DNA of 32,000 nucleotides from Lachnospiraceae bacterium (GTDB lineage Bacteria; Bacillota; Clostridia; Lachnospirales; Lachnospiraceae): assembly GCA_050944355.1 (NCBI GenBank), contig JBMNQX010000003.1, forward strand, positions 29,136 through 61,135, given 5' to 3'. The position numbers were made by a program, and so were the translations under genes. Positions 17,676-26,683 of the stretch are shown here, piece after piece. Position 1 is the first letter of the stretch. Every line of letters starts with the position of its first letter. The notes below the pieces were generated by a model. That model saw only the letters and a list, made by a program, of their open reading frames with translations. It was not told where the DNA came from and did no database searches.

Positions 17676-18209
17676 ATGGACAATAATATCTACAGCAACA
17701 TCAGTGTGCTGATTGATGAAAAGACGCTCAACAAGCGCATTCAGGAACTCGGGGAGACCATCAGCCGCGACTATGCGGGCCGCGAACTGAAACTGATCTG
17801 TATTCTCAAAGGCTCGGTTTTATTTATGAGTGAACTGGCAAAGCGCATCACGGTGCCGGTTCTGTTCGATTTCATGCAGGTATCCAGTTATGGCTCCGGG
17901 ACGAAAAGCAGCGGTTCCGTCAAAATCAAAAAGGACCTGGACGAAGACATCGCCGGTCAGGATGTGCTGATTGTGGAGGATATCATTGACTCCGGAAACA
18001 CACTGTACAAGCTGACGCCGATTTTAAAGGCGAGAAATCCGAAATCGCTTAAAGTTGTGTCGCTCCTCGACAAGCCGGAGCGCCGGGAAGTGCCGTTTCA
18101 GGCCGACTACCGCGGATTTGACATTCCGGATGAATTCGTCGTCGGGTTCGGACTGGACTATGACCAGAAATACCGCAATCTTCCCTATATCGGAATTCTT
18201 CATCTTTAA
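17676..18209 (+). CDS. hpt: hypoxanthine phosphoribosyltransferase
   Basis: 177 aa with the PRPP-binding motif VLIVEDIIDSGNTL and the C-terminal VVGFGLDYDQKYRNLPYIG. Confidence 0.95.
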   Translation: MDNNIYSNISVLIDEKTLNKRIQELGETISRDYAGRELKLICILKGSVLFMSELAKRITVPVLFDFMQVSSYGSGTKSSGSVKIKKDLDEDIAGQDVLIVEDIIDSGNTLYKLTPILKARNPKSLKVVSLLDKPERREVPFQADYRGFDIPDEFVVGFGLDYDQKYRNLPYIGILHL

Positions 18210-18248
18210 TTTCTGGGCAGAAGCGGCCAAGGAGAGAATCAAAGCTGT

Positions 18249-20102
18249 ATGAATACAAAAAAGAGATCATCGGGCAGCGGCCTGGGAATGATCTTTATGT
18301 TTCTGATCATTCTGACGGTTTTTTATCTGATATCGTTTGAGATGCCCGAAACGGAAGAAGATTATGAGTACTCGGATTTTCTGGTCCAGGTGGAGACTGA
18401 CAGTTCCGAGATCAAAGAGCTGGTGATCCATCAGAACCAGGAAATTCCGACCGGCGAAATTGTCGTCACCATGCAGGACGGCACCCGCAAGAAAGCGTAC
18501 GTCTCAGACGTCAATGAAGTCGAGGACATCGCGCAGCAGTACGGAATCCGCTATCAGCTGGAGGACGTTTCGAGACTGAATATCTGGGCCAACATCATCC
18601 TGCCGATCTGCATCATGGTGTTTATGTTCGTCATTCTGTTTCTGATGATCAGGCGTCAGGGTGCCAACAGCGGCGCCAACGCGCAGATGATGAATTTCGG
18701 CAAGAGCCGGGCACAGAAGGTCGAGAGCAGCAAGAATCCGGTTACGTTTAACGACGTGGCAGGCCTGAAGGAAGAAAAAGAAGATCTCAGTGAGATTGTC
18801 GATTTCCTCAGAGAGCCGGCCCGCTATACGAAACTCGGAGCCCGGATTCCGAAAGGCGTTATTCTCACGGGGCCTCCGGGAACCGGTAAGACGCTTCTCG
18901 CGAAGGCGGTCGCCGGCGAGGCGGGCGTCCCGTTCTATTCGATTTCCGGATCGGATTTCGTGGAAATGTTCGTCGGCGTCGGAGCATCCCGTGTCCGCGA
19001 CATGTTTGAAGAGGCGAAGAAAAACGCGCCCTGCATCGTGTTCATCGACGAAATTGATGCCGTGGCAAGACGGCGCGGCGCAGGTCTCGGCGGCGGGCAT
19101 GACGAGAGAGAACAGACGTTAAACCAGCTGCTGGTAGAGATGGACGGTTTCAGCCCGAATGCGGGAATCATTGTCATGGCGGCCACGAACCGCATTGACA
19201 TCCTGGACCCGGCGATCATGAGACCGGGCCGGTTTGACCGCAAGGTTGTCGTGGGACTTCCGGACGTGGATGAGAGACTTGCCATCCTCAAGGTTCACGC
19301 GCGCAAAAAGCCGATGGGCGATGACGTGGATCTGGAAGCGCTGGCCAGAACGACGGCCGGTTTTGCCGGGGCCGATCTGGAAAATATCTTAAATGAAGCG
19401 GCTATCCGCGCGGCCAGAGAGCGCCGGGAATATATCAACAACGAGGATATTCAGGCATCATTTGTCAAGGAAGGCATCGGAACCGAGAAGAAGAGCCGGA
19501 TTATTTCGGACAAGGAGAAGAGAATTACCGCGTACCATGAGTCGGGACACGCGATTCTGTTCCACTGTCTTCCGGAAGTGGGACCTGTTCACATGATTTC
19601 GATCATTCCGACGGGACTTGGCGCAGCCGGTTACACGATGCCGCTCCCGTCAAGGGATGAAATGTTCAACACCCGCGGCAAGATGCTGCAGCAGATCATC
19701 GTGGACTTCGGCGGACGGGTCGCCGAATCGCTGGTTTTCGATGACATCACAACCGGAGCGAGTCAGGATATCCGCCAGGCGACGAAGACAGCCCGCGACA
19801 TGGTCATGAAGTATGGCTTCTCGGATAAGCTCGGCCCGATCGACTATTCGTTCGGGGACAGCGACGAGGTGTTCATCGGCCGTGATATCGGGCATGCGCG
19901 TCCGTACGGCGAGGATGTGACAGCGATGATTGACGCGGAAGTCAAGCGTATTGTGGATTATTGCTACGGTGAGGCGAAGCGCCTCATTGAAGAGAACCGG
20001 TCGGTTCTTGACGCGAGCGCAAATCTGCTGCTCAAGAAAGAAAAAGTGACCGGCGAAGAATTCGACGCGCTCTTTACGGCACCGGCGCCGCAGGCGGACT
20101 AA
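18249..20102 (+). CDS. ftsH: ATP-dependent zinc metalloprotease FtsH
   Basis: It has two N-terminal TM segments, AAA+ Walker A GPPGTGKT, Walker B IVFIDEID, the second region of homology (SRH) segment and the zinc motif HESGHA. Confidence 0.97.
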   Translation: MNTKKRSSGSGLGMIFMFLIILTVFYLISFEMPETEEDYEYSDFLVQVETDSSEIKELVIHQNQEIPTGEIVVTMQDGTRKKAYVSDVNEVEDIAQQYGIRYQLEDVSRLNIWANIILPICIMVFMFVILFLMIRRQGANSGANAQMMNFGKSRAQKVESSKNPVTFNDVAGLKEEKEDLSEIVDFLREPARYTKLGARIPKGVILTGPPGTGKTLLAKAVAGEAGVPFYSISGSDFVEMFVGVGASRVRDMFEEAKKNAPCIVFIDEIDAVARRRGAGLGGGHDEREQTLNQLLVEMDGFSPNAGIIVMAATNRIDILDPAIMRPGRFDRKVVVGLPDVDERLAILKVHARKKPMGDDVDLEALARTTAGFAGADLENILNEAAIRAARERREYINNEDIQASFVKEGIGTEKKSRIISDKEKRITAYHESGHAILFHCLPEVGPVHMISIIPTGLGAAGYTMPLPSRDEMFNTRGKMLQQIIVDFGGRVAESLVFDDITTGASQDIRQATKTARDMVMKYGFSDKLGPIDYSFGDSDEVFIGRDIGHARPYGEDVTAMIDAEVKRIVDYCYGEAKRLIEENRSVLDASANLLLKKEKVTGEEFDALFTAPAPQAD

Positions 20103-20111
20103 GGACTGAAT

Positions 20112-22229
20112 ATGAAAATTGTAAAGGATCTTACACAAGATTCTGCATCTGACAGGAAGCTTTTTTACATGTGCAACGTGCGTCCGATTTTAAACACGGA
20201 CGCACTTTTCGCTGATTCGACAGATGAGTATCGGAACCCGTCGGAGCCGCTCCCCGGCGACACAGTGACTCTGCGGTTCCGGACCGAAAGGCTCAACGCT
20301 GACAGAGTATTTGTCAGTCTGAACGGAAATGACACCGAGATGGAGCGGGTGGAATCGGACGAGAATTTCGATTATTTTTCGACTTCATTCGATGTGACCG
20401 ATGAGCACATCTACTATTATTTCCGCATTGTAACGGGGCGCACGGTCGTCTACTATAATCAGCTCGGACCGGACAGCAAGCTCAATCCGTATTACGATTT
20501 TCAGATCATGCCGGGCTTCACGACGCCGGACTGGGCGAAGGGCGCCGTGGTGTATCAGATTTTTACCGACCGTTTCTGCAATGGCGATAAGAGCAATGAT
20601 GTTCTCACGGATGAGTATTCGTATCTGGGAGAACACGTAAAACACATCGACGACTGGAATCAGTACCCGTCGGCATCGGAGGGCGTTCGCGAATTTTACG
20701 GCGGCGATCTCCAGGGTGTGCTCGACAAGATGGACTATCTGCAGGATCTGGGCGTCGAGGCCATTTATTTCAACCCGCTGTTTGTATCCCCCAGCAACCA
20801 CAAATATGATATTCAGGACTACGACTACATCGACCCGCATTTCGGAAAGATCATCGAGGACGAGGGCAGTCTGCTTGCGCCCGGCGATCAGGACAATACG
20901 CACGCGGCCCGCTATATCAACCGCGTGACCAATGCCGTCAATCTGGAAGCGGGCAACTCGCTGTTCCGTCATCTTGTGGAAGAGGCGCACCGCCGCGGCA
21001 TGCGCGTCATCATCGACGGCGTGTTCAATCACTGCGGCTCGTTCAACCGCTGGATGGACCGCGAGCACATCTACAAGACCAGCCAGCATTCGCACACGGA
21101 CGGCGCTTACGTCAGCAAAGACAGCCCGTATCACGATTTCTTCCAGTTCAACGCCGACACGTGGCCGGACAACAAGTCTTACGACGGATGGTGGGGCCAC
21201 GATACGCTGCCGAAACTCAACTATGAGGCGAGCAGCCAGCTGGAGAGCATCGTGCTCGGCATCGCGGCCAAATGGGTTTCGCCGCCGTTTTCGGCGGACG
21301 GCTGGAGACTGGATGTGGCGGCTGACCTCGGCCACAGTCCTGAGTACAACCACTCGTTCTGGAAAAAATTCCGGCAGACCGTAAAACAGGCCAACCCGGA
21401 AGCCATCATCATCGCCGAGAATTACGGCGATTCCTATAACTGGCTGCAGGGCGACGAGTGGGACACGGTCATGGACTACGACGCCTTCATGGAGCCGGTG
21501 ACCTGGTTTCTGACGGGCATGCAGAAGCACTCGGACGAGTTCCGCAAGGATATGCTCGGCAATGCCGATTCTTTCTTTGATTCCATGCGCTACAACATGG
21601 CGAGACTCGGCGGCCAGGCGGCCCGCATCGCGATGAACGAGCTGAGCAATCACGACCACTCGCGCTTTCTCACGCGTACCAACCGCACGGTCGGGCGCCT
21701 GAATTACATGGGGAGTGAGGCGGCGTCAAAAGGCATCAACAAAGCCGTCATGATGGAGGCCGTCGTCATCCAGATGACCTGGCCCGGCATGCCCACGGTG
21801 TACTACGGCGACGAGGCCGGCGTGTGCGGCTGGACCGATCCGGACAACCGGCGCACTTATCCCTGGGGACACGAAGACAAGCTTCTCCTGAATTTTCACC
21901 GGGCAATCATCCGGCTGCACAAGACCTATCCGGTGCTGCGCAACGGTTCTCTGAAAAAACTCAAGGCCGAGTACAATCTGATCGCCTACGGGCGCTTCAA
22001 CCGGAAAGATCAGATCATTGTCGTCGTCAACAACAGCGAAGACGAGCGCCGCGTCATTCTCCCGGTCTGGGAACTCGGTCTCACCGATGATGACGATGTG
22101 GAGCAGATCTTTGTCACCTATGACGGTGGTTTCTCGCAGGAGCCGCTCGGATACCGCATCCGGAACGGCAGCCTGAATCTCGGCATGAGAAAGACATCCG
22201 CCATGATTCTCAGAAAGAAAGTATGGTAA
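20112..22229 (+). CDS. glycoside hydrolase family 13 alpha-glucosidase (neopullulanase/cyclomaltodextrinase-like), cytoplasmic
   Basis: All four GH13 conserved regions are present: IIDGVFNHCG, DGWRLDVAADL, IIIAENYG and LSNHDHSRF. It also has the VVYQIFTDRFCNGD block and an N-terminal beta-domain. No signal peptide is apparent. Confidence 0.9.
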   Translation: MKIVKDLTQDSASDRKLFYMCNVRPILNTDALFADSTDEYRNPSEPLPGDTVTLRFRTERLNADRVFVSLNGNDTEMERVESDENFDYFSTSFDVTDEHIYYYFRIVTGRTVVYYNQLGPDSKLNPYYDFQIMPGFTTPDWAKGAVVYQIFTDRFCNGDKSNDVLTDEYSYLGEHVKHIDDWNQYPSASEGVREFYGGDLQGVLDKMDYLQDLGVEAIYFNPLFVSPSNHKYDIQDYDYIDPHFGKIIEDEGSLLAPGDQDNTHAARYINRVTNAVNLEAGNSLFRHLVEEAHRRGMRVIIDGVFNHCGSFNRWMDREHIYKTSQHSHTDGAYVSKDSPYHDFFQFNADTWPDNKSYDGWWGHDTLPKLNYEASSQLESIVLGIAAKWVSPPFSADGWRLDVAADLGHSPEYNHSFWKKFRQTVKQANPEAIIIAENYGDSYNWLQGDEWDTVMDYDAFMEPVTWFLTGMQKHSDEFRKDMLGNADSFFDSMRYNMARLGGQAARIAMNELSNHDHSRFLTRTNRTVGRLNYMGSEAASKGINKAVMMEAVVIQMTWPGMPTVYYGDEAGVCGWTDPDNRRTYPWGHEDKLLLNFHRAIIRLHKTYPVLRNGSLKKLKAEYNLIAYGRFNRKDQIIVVVNNSEDERRVILPVWELGLTDDDDVEQIFVTYDGGFSQEPLGYRIRNGSLNLGMRKTSAMILRKKVW

Positions 22230-22958
22230 ATGAACTTTCACGTACTGACGCTTTTTCCGCAGATGATCACCGACGGTTTTCACACGAGCATTACCGGCCG
22301 AGCCATGGACGCGGGGCTGCTCAGTCTTGAGACCGTCGACATCCGCGATTTCTCAAATGACAAGCACTTCAAGGTCGATGACTACACATACGGAGGCGGC
22401 GCCGGTCTCCTGATGAAGGCAGAACCGGTGTGCGCGGCCTATGACGATCTTGTGAGGCGCACGGGACACAAAATGAAAACCATCTACCTGACTCCGCAGG
22501 GGAGTGTTTTCAATCAGGAAAAGGCGGCGCAGCTCGCCAAAGAAACGGATCTCTGCCTGCTGTGCGGACACTACGAGGGAATCGATGAGCGGGCGCTCGA
22601 AGAACTGGGGGCCGAATTCATCTCGGTCGGCGATTATGTTCTGACCGGCGGCGAACTTCCGGCGCTGATCGTCATGGACGCCGTCTCGCGGCTGGTTCCG
22701 GGCGTTTTGCACAACAACGAGTCCGCCGAGACGGAGAGTTTTGGGGACGGCCTGCTCGAATATCCCCAGTATACGCGCCCGGAGGAATTCCGGGGGCGCA
22801 GAGTGCCGGAAATTCTGCTGTCGGGCGATCACGGAAAAGTCGATGCGTGGCGCCACGAACAGAGCCTGCGGCGGACAGCCAGATACAGACCGGATCTTCT
22901 GGCAGCTTACCTGGCCGCTCATCCGGACGAGAAAGGACCGGAGGAACCGGACACATGA
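22230..22958 (+). CDS. trmD: tRNA (guanine37-N1)-methyltransferase
   Basis: TrmD signatures are present: HVLTLFPQM, VDDYTYGGGAGLLM, CGHYEGIDERA, SVGDYVLTGGELPA and EYPQYTRP. The ATG directly abuts the GH13 stop (TAAATG). Confidence 0.95.
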   Translation: MNFHVLTLFPQMITDGFHTSITGRAMDAGLLSLETVDIRDFSNDKHFKVDDYTYGGGAGLLMKAEPVCAAYDDLVRRTGHKMKTIYLTPQGSVFNQEKAAQLAKETDLCLLCGHYEGIDERALEELGAEFISVGDYVLTGGELPALIVMDAVSRLVPGVLHNNESAETESFGDGLLEYPQYTRPEEFRGRRVPEILLSGDHGKVDAWRHEQSLRRTARYRPDLLAAYLAAHPDEKGPEEPDT

Positions 22959-23962
22959 GACTCGGAAAACTGGCGGAAGGCCCCAGACTGCGGGCCGTGA
23001 AAAAAATTTTTGAAAACAACAGTGTTCCGGAACCGGCGCTTTTGTCCGGCGTCAGGACAGACGCGGCGGTGGCGGAAATTCCGGGATTCCCCGGCAAATG
23101 CCTTCTTCAGGCCCAGGGAGCGGACCCGGACGCTCTGATGGAAGCGTGCAATCTCGTGTATGCGGGCGGCGGTGTTCCGGAATGCGCCGAAATCACGATT
23201 TTCCTTCCACCGCAGATGACAGAGCAGGAACTCAAAAAAATCACAAGGAGCCTTGAACAGGAAGCCGGACGTCTGAACGTGCGCGTCACAGGCGTAGACG
23301 CGAGAGTCCGCGCAGGGTTGACAAATGTTTGCATAACCGCTACAGTGACAGCAATCGGTGATTTTGGTATTGTCGGAAAGCTCACCACTCCAAAGGCGGG
23401 TCAGGCGCTTGTCGTGACGGGATACGCGGGTCAGGCGGGAATCCGAAGCGTTTTCCCTTATCTTCCGGATGATATCCGAAAGAGATTCCGCCCGGACTTT
23501 CTGGACAGAGCTTTCGGAAAAGAAAGCGACACGAGTGCGGCCGCGGCGGCCGGGGTGTGCCGTGAGGCGCTGAAAGACGGAACATTTGCCATCAGTGCGG
23601 TGCATGCGGCCGGTGAGGGAGGCATTTTCGCGGCGCTCTGGGAGATGACGGCAGGCAGCGGCGTCGGTTTCACGGCGGACGTTCACAAAATTCCGGTGCG
23701 TCAGGAGGCTGTTGAAATCGCACAGCTCTTGGGGTTAAACCCGTATGAGATTCATTCGGGCGGAAGTCTTCTGATTGCGGCGGATGACGGCGAGGGCCTG
23801 GTACAGAAAATCCGCGGGGCGGGCGTGCCGGCCGAAACACTGGGAAGTTTTACGGACAGCAACAGCAAAATCCTGAACAATCGCGGGCGGATCCGGTTTC
23901 TTGACAAGCCACAGGAGGATCTGAGCGTCGATTTCCGGTACAGGCTGAGAGGAGAAGAATAA
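22955..23962 (+). CDS. AIR synthase-related (PurM/HypE/ThiL superfamily) protein, function unknown
   Basis: 335 aa counted from ATG 22955, which forms an ATGA overlap with trmD. The N-terminus MRLGKL...TDAAVAEI resembles the GKL...D-x-AV start of AIR-synthase-related proteins. The C-terminal block AVHAAGEGGIFAALWEMTAGSGVGFTADVHKIPVRQEAVEIAQLLGLNPYEIHSGGSLLIA is typical of the PurM-like C-domain. The assignment was made by eye only. Confidence 0.6.
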   Translation: MRLGKLAEGPRLRAVKKIFENNSVPEPALLSGVRTDAAVAEIPGFPGKCLLQAQGADPDALMEACNLVYAGGGVPECAEITIFLPPQMTEQELKKITRSLEQEAGRLNVRVTGVDARVRAGLTNVCITATVTAIGDFGIVGKLTTPKAGQALVVTGYAGQAGIRSVFPYLPDDIRKRFRPDFLDRAFGKESDTSAAAAAGVCREALKDGTFAISAVHAAGEGGIFAALWEMTAGSGVGFTADVHKIPVRQEAVEIAQLLGLNPYEIHSGGSLLIAADDGEGLVQKIRGAGVPAETLGSFTDSNSKILNNRGRIRFLDKPQEDLSVDFRYRLRGEE

Positions 23963-24451
23963 ATGGAATTAAGAGAACAGATTCTCAGAGATATTGAGAA
24001 GGATGCCCGCGTCGATCTGCATGAACTGGCTATCCGGCTCGGTGTCGAAGAAGCAGAGGTCGCCAACGAGATCGCGGATATGGAGAAGGAACATATCATC
24101 TGCGGTTACAACACACTGATCAACTGGGACAACACGAGTCTTGAAAAAGTCACGGCGCTGATCGAGGTGCAGGTTCAGCCGCAGAGAGGGCTGGGATTCG
24201 ACGCGATCGCAGAGAGACTTTACAAGTACAGTGAGATCAAAGCGGTGTATCTGATGAGCGGCGGTTTTGACTTTACCGTCATCATTGAGGGCAAGTCCAT
24301 GAAGTCTATCGCCCAGTTCGTGGCGACGAAGCTCTCCACACTGGACTCGATCCGCAGCTGCGCCACGCACTTTGTGCTGAAAAAGTATAAGGATTACGGC
24401 GTCATATTTGACGAAATCCACAAGGACGAAAGGGAGAAGATTACGCCATGA
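23963..24451 (+). CDS. Lrp/AsnC-family transcriptional regulator (AlaR-like)
   Basis: 162 aa with an N-terminal HTH (ILRDIEKDARVDLHELAIRLGVEEAEV) and a C-terminal RAM/AsnC_trans_reg domain. It overlaps the downstream aminotransferase (ATGA), as in the B. subtilis alaR-alaT arrangement. Confidence 0.88.
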   Translation: MELREQILRDIEKDARVDLHELAIRLGVEEAEVANEIADMEKEHIICGYNTLINWDNTSLEKVTALIEVQVQPQRGLGFDAIAERLYKYSEIKAVYLMSGGFDFTVIIEGKSMKSIAQFVATKLSTLDSIRSCATHFVLKKYKDYGVIFDEIHKDEREKITP

Positions 24452-25608
24452 GACCGATGACTTCCGAAAAAATCCGGGCTCTGCAGCCTTCCGGGATCCG
24501 GAAATTCTTCGACATCGTTCACGAGATGCCGGATGCGATTTCCCTGGGCGTGGGCGAACCGGATTTTGATACGCCGTGGAACATCCGCGAGGAGGGCATT
24601 TACTCGCTGGAGCGCGGCCGCACGTTTTATACGTCAAATGCGGGCCTGATGCCGCTTCGCGAAGAAATTTCGCGCTATCTGGAGAGGAACCAGGGCCTGA
24701 AGTACAATCCGAAAAGTCAGGTGCTGGTCACTGTCGGCGGCAGCGAGGCCATCGACATCGCGATGCGCTGCATTGTCAATCCGGGCGATGAGGTTCTGAT
24801 TCCGGAGCCGAGCTATGTTTCTTACCGGCCCTGCGCGATCATGGCCGACGCGACTCCTGTGACCATCAACCTGCAGGAATCCAATGGGTTCAAGCTCACG
24901 GCTGAGCAGCTTGAGGCGGCCATCACCGACCGGTCCCGCATTCTCGTGATGCCGTTCCCGAACAATCCGACGGGATCGATCATGACGAGAGAGGAGCTCG
25001 AGCCGCTTGTTCCGATCATCATCAAACACGATCTGATTGTGATCTCCGACGAGATTTACAGCGCTCTCACATACAGTGGAAAGCACGTGTCGATCGCAGA
25101 ACTCCCGGGCATGCAGGAGCGCACGATTCTCATCGGCGGTTTTTCGAAAGCATTTGCCATGACGGGCTGGAGACTCGGATATGCGTGCGGGCCCGAGGAG
25201 ATCATCGCGCAGATGACGAAGCTGCATCAGTTCACCATCATGTGCGCGCCGACGACGAGCCAGTACGCGGCGGTTGAGGCGCTTGCCAACTCGCAGCCCG
25301 AGGTGGACCGGATGGTCGCGTCATACAACGAGAGACGGCGGTTTTTGCTGCACGAATTCAAGCGGATGGGAATCGAGTGCTTTGAGCCTTTCGGCGCGTT
25401 TTATGTATTTCCGTCGATCCGCAAGTTCGGCATGACGAGCGACGAGTTTGCGACGCGGCTCCTGAAAGAGCAGAAGCTGGCGGTTGTCCCGGGCACGGCG
25501 TTCGGCGCCTGCGGCGAAGGCAATATCCGGATTTCCTATGCATACTCTATTGATGATTTGAAAATAGGCCTCTCCCGGATTGAAGCCTTTATTCAGTCTC
25601 TGCAGTGA
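24448..25608 (+). CDS. pyridoxal-phosphate-dependent aminotransferase, class I (AlaT/AspC-like)
   Basis: 386 aa with LGVGEPDFDTP, NNPTG, DEIY and the PLP-lysine block GGFSKAFAMTGWRLGY. Confidence 0.92.
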   Translation: MRPMTSEKIRALQPSGIRKFFDIVHEMPDAISLGVGEPDFDTPWNIREEGIYSLERGRTFYTSNAGLMPLREEISRYLERNQGLKYNPKSQVLVTVGGSEAIDIAMRCIVNPGDEVLIPEPSYVSYRPCAIMADATPVTINLQESNGFKLTAEQLEAAITDRSRILVMPFPNNPTGSIMTREELEPLVPIIIKHDLIVISDEIYSALTYSGKHVSIAELPGMQERTILIGGFSKAFAMTGWRLGYACGPEEIIAQMTKLHQFTIMCAPTTSQYAAVEALANSQPEVDRMVASYNERRRFLLHEFKRMGIECFEPFGAFYVFPSIRKFGMTSDEFATRLLKEQKLAVVPGTAFGACGEGNIRISYAYSIDDLKIGLSRIEAFIQSLQ

Positions 25609-25615
25609 GGAGTGT

Positions 25616-26680
25616 ATGGAAATGGATCGGTTTAAGACAGCGGCACCCGTACTGATCGTGTGTGCCGTTGTGCTGCTGGCAGTTCTGTTCAGCTCGGTGG
25701 GCCGGGGTGACAATGAGCTTCCGCCGCCATCGACAACGGAGACCGAGAGCAGTGAAGCGCAGGAGTCGGGAGAATTTCAGGTGGACGAGACCATCTCCAA
25801 GGCCAGTCCCGAGGAAGCGTATGTTCAGATCGATGACATGGTTTTTCAGCTGGGGTATCAGGAACTCCTCTCGGATGCCGTAGAAGAAATCGAAGCGTCC
25901 GGACGCTACACGATAGAAGGCTACGATGCTGACGCGAAAGGACACAGCGCGGAAATCACGGTGAGCCGCGACGGGACGGTGCTTTTCACCCTGAGGGCCA
26001 GCAGTATAAAAGAATACGCGGATGATTCCAGCGTGTCGTACGCGGCGGCGTTGTTTGCGAATGACTCGGAAAAGAACATGGTTCTGACGGGAATCACCAT
26101 CACAGACGCGGGGAAGGAATATGCCTGGATTTTCTCCGGGACGCGGTATGACGGAAGCGGCCTGAGAAAGGAAGAATTTCTGACCCGCTTCGGATCGTAT
26201 TCCTCTGACGAGTATGTCTACCCGTCTCTGGTGCAGAGCGAGACAGATTCTGCCGATGTATCGGAATATGTCCTGAGCGTCGAGGTCAACGCTCCGAAAC
26301 AGGAAGTGCTCCCTTCCCGGGTCCTCACACAGATTCGCAGTCTGAGGACGCTTCAGTACACATTTGTGTTTGACAACAGAACGCAGGAATGCACTTCGAT
26401 TACGATTCAAAACACGGTCGACGCCGATGAAGTCATGGCGTACTGGGATTACCGGGCGGAAGAAAGTGCAAGACAGACGGGCACGACGTCATCTTCCGAA
26501 TCGTCTTCCGCTGAGGACGGTGAAATCGCGGACGAGCCGGCGGAAGAGACGACAGAAGGAGAGGATGCAGCGGCGGAAGACGAGGCTGCCGCAGACAGCA
26601 CAGACAGCGGGGAAGAAACCGCTGAGGTCTCCGCACAGGAGACCCCGGAAACAGAAGAACTTTCAGCGGACGGAACGTAG
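25616..26680 (+). CDS. membrane-anchored hypothetical protein with a polyacidic low-complexity C-terminal tail
   Basis: It has a single N-terminal TM (APVLIVCAVVLLAVLFSSV), a domain of about 270 aa that I cannot place in a family, and a final stretch of about 67 aa that is rich in E/D/A/S/T. The start is ATG 25616 or, more likely, ATG 25622, which lies 9 nt after GAGGAG. The track's TTG 25580 lies inside the aminotransferase gene. Confidence 0.6.
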   Translation: MEMDRFKTAAPVLIVCAVVLLAVLFSSVGRGDNELPPPSTTETESSEAQESGEFQVDETISKASPEEAYVQIDDMVFQLGYQELLSDAVEEIEASGRYTIEGYDADAKGHSAEITVSRDGTVLFTLRASSIKEYADDSSVSYAAALFANDSEKNMVLTGITITDAGKEYAWIFSGTRYDGSGLRKEEFLTRFGSYSSDEYVYPSLVQSETDSADVSEYVLSVEVNAPKQEVLPSRVLTQIRSLRTLQYTFVFDNRTQECTSITIQNTVDADEVMAYWDYRAEESARQTGTTSSSESSSAEDGEIADEPAEETTEGEDAAAEDEAAADSTDSGEETAEVSAQETPETEELSADGT

Positions 26681-26683
26681 GAA

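Noticed and set aside
20385-21659. 424-aa minus-strand ORF inside the GH13 gene.
   Set aside because: It is antisense to a frame carrying all four GH13 catalytic regions. It is low-complexity and Arg/Val-rich, so it is a shadow ORF.
22847-22954. Upstream extensions of track ORFs: 22847 for the PurM-like gene, 7500 for the dehydrogenase, 5228 for the SBD-permease, 12938 for the ThyX-like gene and 25580 for the membrane protein.
   Set aside because: The extensions overlap the preceding genes or lack an RBS. Internal ATG codons with good AGGAG-type sites (22955, 7587, 5252, 12989, 25616/25622) give N-termini typical of the families.
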